From positions 32,001 through 96,000 of the IMG/VR virus record IMGVR_UViG_3300042882_001046: a DNA stretch of 64,000 bases. One strand, given 5' to 3'. Below are positions 38,065 through 44,977 of the stretch, in pieces. The DNA comes from a virus. The notes beneath the pieces were generated by a model. The model worked only from the letters and a program-made list of their open reading frames with translations, searched no databases and was not told where the DNA came from. The position numbers were made by a program, and so were the translations under genes. Position 1 is the stretch's first letter, and each line of letters starts with the position of its first letter.

Positions 38065-39942
38065 ATGAGCATAGATAAAAAAATCTTAGAAATCTACAAT
38101 CAGATTACCGAATCACAAAAGTCAATTATAAAAACGATTGGTTTAAATGAAGCCGCTTTGGAAGCTCCATTAGATACTGTAAGAGTAAATTCTGGTTTTG
38201 GACCAAGATGGGGTAGATTACATAATGGTGTTGATTTAGCTGCGGACGCAGCAAATGTTAAATCTCCTGCGGATGGTGTTGTTGACATTGCCGCAATCAA
38301 AAATGATGATTGTGGAGGTACTATCATGATTAATCATGCTGACGGTTATAAATCAGGGTATTGCCACATGCAAAAAATTAATGTAAGAGCAGGTCAAAAA
38401 GTTCAAAAAGGTGAAGTAATCGGAATTAGTGGTGGTGGTCCTAATGACCCTGGTAAAGGTAGAAGTGATGGTAGACATTTACATTTTACTTTAAGAAAAG
38501 ATGGTCAAGTTGTTGACCCTATGAATTTTATTGGCAAAGAAGGTATTGTCATGACAGGAAGTACCCCTGAATCCTCGTCTAAAGCATCAGAAGATGCGTA
38601 TGATTATGCAACGTCTAAAAATAAATCCACAACAAGTTCATCACCAAAATATGCTGAGGTTGTTGGTACAGTAACAAGTGCAGAAGGAATGAACGAAGAA
38701 ATACAAGAAATTTTAAAACTTTACGATATAATTCTTAAAGAAGCCTCTTCCGCAAGTAGTGAATTATTTGGTGGTAATAACGTAAAAATACCTGTAGACG
38801 GGGCTCACGCAGGTCAATCAGGATGGCAAAGTAATAATGCTTGGGATATTGCGGCACCCGTAGGTACACCTGTTTATGCATTAGCCGATGGAGTTGCCCA
38901 AACATTTTCAGACTATGGAAGAGAGGTTAGAGCAACCCAAGGAAAAAAACTTTACGGTCAAAGTTTTACAGTGAAAAGTGACGGAGGTCTTCCAAGTATT
39001 TATTACACACATTTGGAAGGCTCACCTGTAACAAAAGGAGCAACAATCAAGTGCGGTCAATTTTTAGGTTATATTATGGATTTTCCTAATAGTAGTTACG
39101 ACCACGTTCACATTGGAGTTGAGACTGGAAACATACGACAGTTTTTGAATGATGATGGTACAATGAAATGTGCAAAAGGTCAACAAATTACTGGAGGAGA
39201 AATTAGTAATTCTCCTTCTACTGATGACGCATCATCAAAAGCGTATGATTATGCCGTTAGTAAACAATCTTCACAAACATCATCAAGTATTCCAAAATAT
39301 GCAGAAGTTGTTGGGACTGTGACAAGTGCCGAAGGGTTGAATGAGCAGAGAAATTTTGGTAAAAATATATCAAACAGATATGGTAGGGTTATAATTCCAA
39401 AAGATGATAATCCAAAAATTAAATCTCCAATATCTGGTGTTATTAACAATAAAAAGTATTTTTCGGGTTGCGCAAATCAATTAACTATTGAAAATAATGA
39501 CAACGGAACTGTTTATTTACAATATTGTGGTATATCAAATGTAAAAGTTAGTAATGGTAGGAGAGTAAATGTTGGTGATGTATTAGGTACTACTGATTCG
39601 GATGTAGAAGCTATTATGTATGATAGTAGGTGGAATAGAATTAATATTCCTTCTAAGGATTTAAAAATAGATAAAAAAGAAAAGGATAAAGAAGAAGAGG
39701 TAGATAAAACAAGAAAAAGTTCTGACCCTGAGTATTTTGACCCTCTTATGGCATCTATTATGGGTATTCCAGGTAAATTGTTTCAAGATAAATATGATAA
39801 GTCAGGTAACAGAACAGAAAAAAGATATGGTGGTGTTGCCGACAAACAACAAGTAGACCCATGGGTTTTAAATTTCTTAAAAGACCCATTCAATAGAAAA
39901 AAGGTTAATGAAAATATAGAAAAAATTAAAAAGATGTTATAA
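38065..39942 (+). CDS. Multi-domain M23 peptidase (two intact domains plus one degenerate)
   Basis: HNGVD/Y.H/HLHF, then H..NAWDI/YYTHL/HVHIG, then a third domain without the Zn ligands; start moved to 38065. Confidence 0.85.
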   Translation: MSIDKKILEIYNQITESQKSIIKTIGLNEAALEAPLDTVRVNSGFGPRWGRLHNGVDLAADAANVKSPADGVVDIAAIKNDDCGGTIMINHADGYKSGYCHMQKINVRAGQKVQKGEVIGISGGGPNDPGKGRSDGRHLHFTLRKDGQVVDPMNFIGKEGIVMTGSTPESSSKASEDAYDYATSKNKSTTSSSPKYAEVVGTVTSAEGMNEEIQEILKLYDIILKEASSASSELFGGNNVKIPVDGAHAGQSGWQSNNAWDIAAPVGTPVYALADGVAQTFSDYGREVRATQGKKLYGQSFTVKSDGGLPSIYYTHLEGSPVTKGATIKCGQFLGYIMDFPNSSYDHVHIGVETGNIRQFLNDDGTMKCAKGQQITGGEISNSPSTDDASSKAYDYAVSKQSSQTSSSIPKYAEVVGTVTSAEGLNEQRNFGKNISNRYGRVIIPKDDNPKIKSPISGVINNKKYFSGCANQLTIENNDNGTVYLQYCGISNVKVSNGRRVNVGDVLGTTDSDVEAIMYDSRWNRINIPSKDLKIDKKEKDKEEEVDKTRKSSDPEYFDPLMASIMGIPGKLFQDKYDKSGNRTEKRYGGVADKQQVDPWVLNFLKDPFNRKKVNENIEKIKKML

Positions 39943-39943
39943 T

Positions 39944-39969
39944 AAAAAACCCACCATTAGGTGGGTTTT
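39944..39969. terminator. Bidirectional intrinsic terminator
   Basis: AAAACCCACC-atta-GGTGGGTTTT. Confidence 0.8.
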
Positions 39970-39991
39970 GTTTTTAAGGGAAAGTTATAAA

Positions 39992-40183
39992 TTATTTTAC
40001 TTCTTCTACTTTCTCAACATCAGCTTTAACTGAATCAACTGCCACTGCAGATGAATCAACTTTAACTGAATCAACAGCTACTGCAGTTGAATCAACCGCT
40101 TCTGTAGATTTACCAGTCCCGTTTCCGCAAGATGCTAACATTGTTGTTGCTGCAATTGCAAATAGTGCTACGATTTTTTTCAT
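39992..40183 (-). CDS. Small lipoprotein with AVAVDS repeats
   Basis: Lipobox LASC; start moved to 40183 (MKKIVAL). Confidence 0.75.
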   Translation of the reverse strand: MKKIVALFAIAATTMLASCGNGTGKSTEAVDSTAVAVDSVKVDSSAVAVDSVKADVEKVEEVK

Positions 40184-40299
40184 GTTTTTTTGTTTTTTGT
40201 TTGTTATGTATTTTATTAACTTATGAACCATAAATATATGAAGAATTATCTTATGTGTCAATTATTTTAAAAGTTTTTTTTTGTTAAAATTTTGTTATG

Positions 40300-40385
40300 C
40301 GGAGAGTGTTGGGCTCGAACCAACGCGGCTGTTACACCCTACCTGTTTAGCAAACAGGCCCCTTCACCAACTTGGGTAACCCTCC
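40300..40385 (-). tRNA. tRNA-Ser(GCT)
   Basis: Cloverleaf with long variable arm; anticodon arm CCTGT-TTGCTAA-ACAGG. Confidence 0.93.
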
Positions 40386-40724
40386 TTATTGTAATAATTG
40401 TATTAAATAATAAGATAATTTATATCCTGTAAACGCACCAAGAGCTGATGGTAATGGGAAAACAATCATTTTACCTAAATCTGTAACGTATTTTGGTCTG
40501 TTAACAATCTTACCCATATAAAAGTAATATGTTAAGTACCCTAATAACACCGCTAAATCCGTTCTTGTTGCAATGAATACAACAATAGTCGCACCAATAA
40601 AACCAAAAGTAAAATTATCTCTAACTCCTTCCCAAATTTCAAATGTGGTAGCCTCTTTGTACTCTTTAACAATTTTTTTAAACTTTGTTCTGTTTGTCTG
40701 TTTTTTTTTAATTTGTGATTCCAT
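40386..40724 (-). CDS. Small membrane protein inside the tRNA array
   Basis: 112 aa, 3 hydrophobic segments. Confidence 0.6.
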   Translation of the reverse strand: MESQIKKKQTNRTKFKKIVKEYKEATTFEIWEGVRDNFTFGFIGATIVVFIATRTDLAVLLGYLTYYFYMGKIVNRPKYVTDLGKMIVFPLPSALGAFTGYKLSYYLIQLLQ

Positions 40725-40725
40725 G

Positions 40726-40799
40726 TTGGAATAGATGGATTCGAACCATCGACATCTACCGTATCAGGATAGCGCTCTAACCAACTGAGCTATATTCCA
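40726..40799 (-). tRNA. tRNA-Ile(GAT)
   Basis: Canonical cloverleaf; loop CTGATAC. Confidence 0.93.
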
Positions 40800-40804
40800 A
40801 TGTG

Positions 40805-40974
40805 CTGTAAGGGAAGGAGTCGAACCTTCAAGAGGAGATTCAATTGATAACACAACGCTTGCAAGCTGGTGGTCTACCCCATATTATCAATCTATTTCTT
40901 TGTCCCCGCCCCCGAGACAGGAGGGTGCGTATGCCAAGGTCATAACTGAGACAACCTAATTTCGCCACCTTACA
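40805..40974 (-). ncRNA. Giant (170 nt) tRNA-like RNA with GTC (Asp) anticodon-like loop
   Basis: Acceptor TGTAAGG/CCTTACA-G, T arm GAAGG-TTCGACT-CCTTC, stem CCCTC-CTGTCTC-GGGGG, plus structured inserts in the D-loop and variable region. Confidence 0.75.
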
Positions 40975-40979
40975 ATTTG

Positions 40980-41066
40980 CGGAGGAACAGGGATTCGAAC
41001 CCCAGATACCCTTTCGAGTATGCCAGTTTTCAAGACTGGTGCAATCAACCGCTCTGCCATTCCTCC
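40980..41066 (-). tRNA. tRNA-Ser(TGA)
   Basis: Cloverleaf with long variable arm; loop CTTGAAA. Confidence 0.93.
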
Positions 41067-41070
41067 AAAT

Positions 41071-41170
41071 AAAAGTGTTTTGGTCAACCACTCGCTACCC
41101 ACCGCAGTATGACGATTCCCCCTGTGGTCATCGTACTTACGCCTAAGCCTTGTCCGTTGTAAACACTTTT
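41071..41170 (-). ncRNA. Candidate 100-nt structured RNA between tRNA-His and tRNA-Ser
   Basis: Perfect 10-bp closing stem AAAAGTGTTT/AAACACTTTT with a GC-richer folded interior. Confidence 0.5.
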
Positions 41171-41171
41171 G

Positions 41172-41245
41172 GGTGACTAACGGGAATCGAACCCGTGACA
41201 ACTTGAACCACAATCAAGCGCTCTACCTACTGAGCTATAGACACC
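41172..41245 (-). tRNA. tRNA-His(GTG)
   Basis: G-1:C73 extended acceptor; loop TTGTGGT. Confidence 0.9.
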
Positions 41246-41250
41246 ATATG

Positions 41251-41320
41251 TTGCGTGTATGAGGTTCGAACTCACTTGACCTTCCTTATGAGAGAAAGTT
41301 CTTTCCCACTAAGCCACGCA
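41251..41320 (-). pseudogene. Degenerate tRNA with CAT anticodon
   Basis: Intact T arm and CTCATAA loop, but ~3 nt are missing at positions 7-9 and the D arm is short. Confidence 0.6.
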
Positions 41321-41326
41321 GTTTAG

Positions 41327-41398
41327 TGGTTTTATTAGGACTCGAACCCAAACTCCGAAATCCGTAGTTTCGTGTGCTATCCATTACACCATAAAACC
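41327..41398 (-). tRNA. tRNA-Arg(ACG)
   Basis: Cloverleaf; loop CTACGGA. Confidence 0.92.
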
Positions 41399-41402
41399 GT
41401 TG

Positions 41403-41473
41403 TTGTCCCTCAGGGATTCGAACCCCAACTGGATGGACCAAAACCACCTGTACTACCGTTATACTAAAGGACA
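41403..41473 (-). tRNA. tRNA-Gln(TTG)
   Basis: Cloverleaf; loop TTTTGGT. Confidence 0.92.
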
Positions 41474-41481
41474 CTTTAGTG

Positions 41482-41561
41482 TGGGAGTGGAGGGATTCGA
41501 ACCCCCAATGTCGACGACCACAGATTTACAGTCTGCTAAGCAACCGTTGCTCAACACTCCC
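41482..41561 (-). tRNA. tRNA-Tyr(GTA)
   Basis: Long variable arm; loop CTGTAAA. Confidence 0.92.
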
Positions 41562-41562
41562 A

Positions 41563-41792
41563 AGTTAGGAAAGGAGAAGATGGTCGAGTGGACATCTCCT
41601 TTTACGATTGGCATTACTCAGGTGTATTTCTCCCAACTCCGATGATACCGACCAAAATACACTCTCATGTCATAGGTACCACCATTCCCCAATCAACCTA
41701 TAAAACGATAATAGAATGTCCCAGCCGTCTCCTTCTCTTATCTAACATACACTAACAGCTAAATACGGCTTGACTGATTATACTGTATGTTT
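41563..41792 (-). ncRNA. Candidate ~230-nt rod-like structured RNA between tRNA-Trp and tRNA-Tyr
   Basis: Nested stems GGACAT/ATGTCC, TTTTAT/GTAAAA, GATTGG/CCAATC and GTGTATTT/AAATACAC, plus a 5' hairpin AACATACA/TGTATGTT. Confidence 0.55.
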
Positions 41793-41794
41793 TG

Positions 41795-41868
41795 CACGGG
41801 TGGAGAGGTTCGAACTCCCGACAACTGGTTTTGGAGACCAGTACTCTACCAAACTGAGCTACACCCGC
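41795..41868 (-). tRNA. tRNA-Trp(CCA)
   Basis: Cloverleaf; loop CTCCAAA. Confidence 0.93.
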
Positions 41869-41873
41869 TTATA

Positions 41874-42116
41874 TTACCTATACTTCCTGATAATCTTCAT
41901 TATCTCTCCGATATCTGTAAGTTCCATCTTTTGTCCGACACGGATTGGATAGAATGCCACGGTAAATCCGTGGTTTCCACAAAAACGTTCGGTTACTCTT
42001 TTTCCATTAACTTTTTCAAGATAAATCCATGGAATGTTACCTGCGAATTCACATTTGATTCCCAGTTTGTCCATTCTTCTTCTGAAATCGTTTAATACTC
42101 TTGTGTCTGTTTCCAT
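41874..42116 (-). CDS. Hypothetical protein inside the tRNA array
   Basis: 80-aa ORF filling the gap between tRNA-Cys and tRNA-Trp. Confidence 0.65.
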   Translation of the reverse strand: METDTRVLNDFRRRMDKLGIKCEFAGNIPWIYLEKVNGKRVTERFCGNHGFTVAFYPIRVGQKMELTDIGEIMKIIRKYR

Positions 42117-42130
42117 AAGTTTATTTTTTG

Positions 42131-42202
42131 AGGTCGAACCCAGAATCGAACTGGGGTAATTAGTTTTGCAGACTAACGCCTAAGCCGCTCGGCCACCCGA
42201 CC
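42131..42202 (-). tRNA. tRNA-Cys(GCA)
   Basis: Cloverleaf, U73; loop CTGCAAA. Confidence 0.93.
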
Positions 42203-42208
42203 ATTGTT

Positions 42209-42442
42209 TTATTTAACCATATCAAAGTTAATCATATTCTCTGACATTAATTCACGAAGTTCATTTCTTATTTCCTGATATGCGTCATACTTGTCCTGTG
42301 GTAAATCATCGGAAGCATATTTAGTTTTCGCTCTCAATGATTGGTCCAAATCCCAAAGTATTGACCACATCTTCATTCCTTTAGTTGCCAAGTCGAAATC
42401 TTGTTGGTCCTCAGGTAAATTAAATTCTAAAACAGCTTTCAT
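42209..42442 (-). CDS. Hypothetical protein (MKAVLEFNLPED...)
   Basis: Start moved to 42442; small-protein type common in phages. Confidence 0.65.
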   Translation of the reverse strand: MKAVLEFNLPEDQQDFDLATKGMKMWSILWDLDQSLRAKTKYASDDLPQDKYDAYQEIRNELRELMSENMINFDMVK

Positions 42443-42620
42443 TTTTTTTCTCTTTATATTTTTTACATCTCTTTTTTGGTACTTCAACGTAATATGAACC
42501 CATAAACGATGAGAATACACCAACGTAGTTGGACCCAACCTCTTTTACATCATGGAGCACTGAACCCTCAAAAAGGTTGAAGAAGATGTCAGTACAGTCT
42601 TTTTTTGTTACAACTTTCAT
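42420..42620 (-). CDS. Hypothetical protein
   Basis: Start moved to 42620; TATATTTG element just upstream. Confidence 0.5.
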   Translation of the reverse strand: MKVVTKKDCTDIFFNLFEGSVLHDVKEVGSNYVGVFSSFMGSYYVEVPKKRCKKYKEKKNESCFRI

Positions 42621-42658
42621 ATTACAAATATACACAATTTTATTTAATTTTTCTAATG

Positions 42659-42732
42659 TGACCCCGCCGAGATTCGAACTCGGGACTCCTTCATTAAAAG
42701 TGAAGTGCTCTAGCCAACTGAGCTACGAAGTC
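42659..42732 (-). tRNA. tRNA-Lys(TTT)
   Basis: Cloverleaf; loop CTTTTAA. Confidence 0.93.
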
Positions 42733-42738
42733 TTATTG

Positions 42739-42811
42739 TGGTAACGGTCAGAATCGAACTGACGACACCTTGGTCTTCAGCCAAGTGCTCTACCAACTGA
42801 GCTACATCACC
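42739..42811 (-). tRNA. tRNA-Phe(GAA)
   Basis: Cloverleaf; loop CTGAAGA. Confidence 0.93.
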
Positions 42812-42816
42812 ATTTG

Positions 42817-42889
42817 TAGTCCCTGTAGGAATCGAACCTACGACATCTTGCATGTAAAACAAGCGCTCTCCCAACTGAGCTAAAGGACT
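42817..42889 (-). tRNA. tRNA-Val(TAC)
   Basis: Cloverleaf; loop TTTACAT. Confidence 0.93.
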
Positions 42890-42894
42890 GTTTG

Positions 42895-42968
42895 TACTCC
42901 GTACGGGGCTCGAACCCGTAATCTTCACCGTGAAAGGGTGACGACTTAACCAATTTGTCCAACGGAGC
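42895..42968 (-). tRNA. tRNA-Glu(TTC)
   Basis: Cloverleaf; loop CTTTCAC. Confidence 0.93.
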
Positions 42969-43022
42969 AATTATTCAACAAAAATACGACCAATAAATCA
43001 AAGAACCAAAAAACATCAAAAT

Positions 43023-43055
43023 AAAAAACCCCGAACCTTTTTACGAGTTCGGGGT
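43023..43055 (-). terminator. Intrinsic terminator (putative attenuator) upstream of tRNA array 1
   Basis: Minus strand ACCCCGAAC-tcgtaaaaag-GTTCGGGGT-TTTTT. Confidence 0.85.
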
Positions 43056-43088
43056 ATATAAAAAATTTAGTTTATTAATCTAAAAAAA

Positions 43089-43187
43089 TTATCCTATTTT
43101 GACATCCGAACTACATAATAGCATACGCTCATACCAACAAATCGATTGTTGTGTACTAAAGACCATATGTTTAAATGTAGTTTTCAT
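43089..43187 (-). CDS. Putative leader peptide 1, 32 aa: MKTTFKHMVFSTQQSICWYERMLLCSSDVKIG
   Basis: ATG-to-TAA ORF between a consensus promoter and a terminator; its composition mirrors the downstream tRNAs. Confidence 0.75.
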   Translation of the reverse strand: MKTTFKHMVFSTQQSICWYERMLLCSSDVKIG

Positions 43188-43205
43188 TGTTTCTTATATA
43201 TAGTA

Positions 43206-43236
43206 CAAAGATACAAAAAAATCTTTGGGTGTCAAA
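43206..43236 (-). promoter_or_regulatory. Bacteroidota sigma70-type promoter for leader 1 / tRNA array 1
   Basis: Minus strand TTTG-N19-TATCTTTG. Confidence 0.8.
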
Positions 43237-43261
43237 TATTTTTTTTAACTATTTATAAAAG

Positions 43262-43681
43262 ATGAAAACATTGAGACAAATCATTAAGGAAGAATTATTA
43301 CTTGAAAAAAGAATCACTCAAGTTAATTCGTCTTTAGAAGTAGTATTCCTATTTGACGTAAACAGGACCACTCACGCCTTTGATAGAGACACAAGAGATG
43401 ATATTGAAGGGTATAATGTAAGACCGATTGTTAACGCTGAAATTAGAGAGATTATCAGTACAGTAAAAAAAGATATTGCCGAAAAAATAGTTTCAAGGGA
43501 AATTAACCCTGAAGTAGATTTTGTTGTAAAGTCCTTAAAATGGGAATTAGCCATGGCAATAACTCCTGTTCATATTGGAGGAACTTATTGGCAATTAATT
43601 ATCAAAACAGTATTCAGAGAATCCAAATACAACCCTTTTAGAGTGGGTGAAAACCAATTGGTGATTTACTCAGACATTTAA
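43262..43681 (+). CDS. Hypothetical protein (MKTLRQIIKEELLLE N-terminus)
   Basis: 139 aa; TATTTAT upstream. Confidence 0.65.
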   Translation: MKTLRQIIKEELLLEKRITQVNSSLEVVFLFDVNRTTHAFDRDTRDDIEGYNVRPIVNAEIREIISTVKKDIAEKIVSREINPEVDFVVKSLKWELAMAITPVHIGGTYWQLIIKTVFRESKYNPFRVGENQLVIYSDI

Positions 43682-43772
43682 AAAAAAAAAGGGTAACACT
43701 AGTATCTGAATCGTTCCCGTGTTACCCAGTTTGTAATTGAGCTTGTGTATCTAAATCGTGCTCCTCAATCAC
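43681..43772 (-). ncRNA. Candidate small RNA with two loop copies of ACGAUUYAGAUAC
   Basis: TATCTTTG promoter element (43777-43784), two hairpins and a poly-U end. Confidence 0.55.
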
Positions 43773-43811
43773 AATACAAAGATACAAAAATATTTCGTAC
43801 CACAAAAAATA

Positions 43812-44522
43812 TTATCCCTGAATATTAAAATTAATCACACATCTGTGAGTTTTTCCGTAAAAAGGTTTAACCGAATGAACAATATCGTAAGGCCAAATTA
43901 TTAACATCCCTTTCTTTGGTCTAATAAAGTAAGACATTCCCCTAACGTGAAATGTAAATACCCCACTATATGGATGGTCATCAACTGGGTCTCCGTCAGA
44001 TAGATAATAACCACCAGAAAAGTTTAAAGTTGTTTCTTCATTTGGTTGCCATCTACAATGATTATGAGCGTTATGTCCACGACCTTCAGTTGGATTATAA
44101 TATTGCATCCAACTCTCAGTAATCATTGGTTTTCTGTTGTGTTCAAATCCAAGTTTGTCCAGCATCTCCATATAACCCAATTCTACCCTTTTTTTAATTT
44201 TCTTAACACATTCCTCATCTATATTAAGAAAATCGTTTGGCGGGGTCCAAAATCGACTACCAATGGGGTTATGTTCCGTTGGTTCCACCCACATGTCTTG
44301 CCTATTGTAGTTTACTTGATATGTAGATTGTCTTTGTTCGTCGTATTGTTCTGGTAACTCTTGACCCATCAATTTTTGTTGGTCGGTTAGAGCATTAAAA
44401 CCAAAATTATAAACTTCGTCTTGAAGTTCGTCATCTGTGAATACTTTCATAAACACAGGAATAGGTGCAAGATGAAAAAGATTCTCCTGACTTGTTTTAA
44501 CTAATGGATTTTTTACGTACAT
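43812..44522 (-). CDS. 2OG-Fe(II) oxygenase-like protein (TIGR02466-type)
   Basis: ESWMQYY, HNAHNH, SGGYYL and PKKG.L..WP...HSV motifs. Confidence 0.75.
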   Translation of the reverse strand: MYVKNPLVKTSQENLFHLAPIPVFMKVFTDDELQDEVYNFGFNALTDQQKLMGQELPEQYDEQRQSTYQVNYNRQDMWVEPTEHNPIGSRFWTPPNDFLNIDEECVKKIKKRVELGYMEMLDKLGFEHNRKPMITESWMQYYNPTEGRGHNAHNHCRWQPNEETTLNFSGGYYLSDGDPVDDHPYSGVFTFHVRGMSYFIRPKKGMLIIWPYDIVHSVKPFYGKTHRCVINFNIQG

Positions 44523-44535
44523 AATTTAAATCTTG

Positions 44536-44616
44536 TACCCCAAGAGAGACTCGAACTCTCACGACCGAAGTCATTGGTTCCTAAGACCAACGCGGCTACC
44601 GTTACGCCATCGGGGT
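44536..44616 (-). tRNA. tRNA-Leu(TAG)
   Basis: Long variable arm; loop CTTAGGA. Confidence 0.92.
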
Positions 44617-44619
44617 GTG

Positions 44620-44711
44620 TCATTATCGCTTCAGCCACATCGGGAAAGGCGCCTCTCCCGCGTTGTTTAAGTGTGTAACTTGCGCCGTATCTCACTGAGG
44701 TACGATAATGA
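44620..44711 (-). ncRNA. Candidate 92-nt structured RNA between tRNA-Arg and tRNA-Leu
   Basis: 9-bp closing stem TCATTATCG/CGATAATGA; internal hairpin CGGGAGAG-GCGC-CTTTCCCG. Confidence 0.5.
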
Positions 44712-44714
44712 TTG

Positions 44715-44788
<74 letters not shown>

Positions 44789-44792
44789 ATTG

Positions 44793-44878
44793 TACCGAGG
44801 GAGGGACTCGAACCCTCACGGCCGTTTACTGACCAAGGGATTTTAAGTCCCTCGTGGCTACCATTACACCACCTCGGC
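44793..44878 (-). tRNA. tRNA-Leu(TAA)
   Basis: Long variable arm; loop CTTAAAA. Confidence 0.93.
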
Positions 44879-44886
44879 ATTGTCTT

Positions 44887-44894
44887 ACAAATAT
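44887..44894 (-). promoter_or_regulatory. -7 promoter element for the Leu/Arg/Leu tRNA trio
   Basis: Minus strand TATATTTG 8 nt upstream of tRNA-Leu(TAA), downstream of a terminator. Confidence 0.65.
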
Positions 44895-44916
44895 AACCTT
44901 TATGGAATCATAAATC

Positions 44917-44951
44917 AAAAAAAACCCCAAACTTTTTTTTTAGTTTGGGGT
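44917..44951 (-). terminator. Intrinsic terminator ending the leader-2 operon
   Basis: Minus strand ACCCCAAAC-loop-GTTTGGGGT-TTTTTTT. Confidence 0.8.
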
Positions 44952-44977
44952 CCTATTATATAAAGTTATTACCTTTT

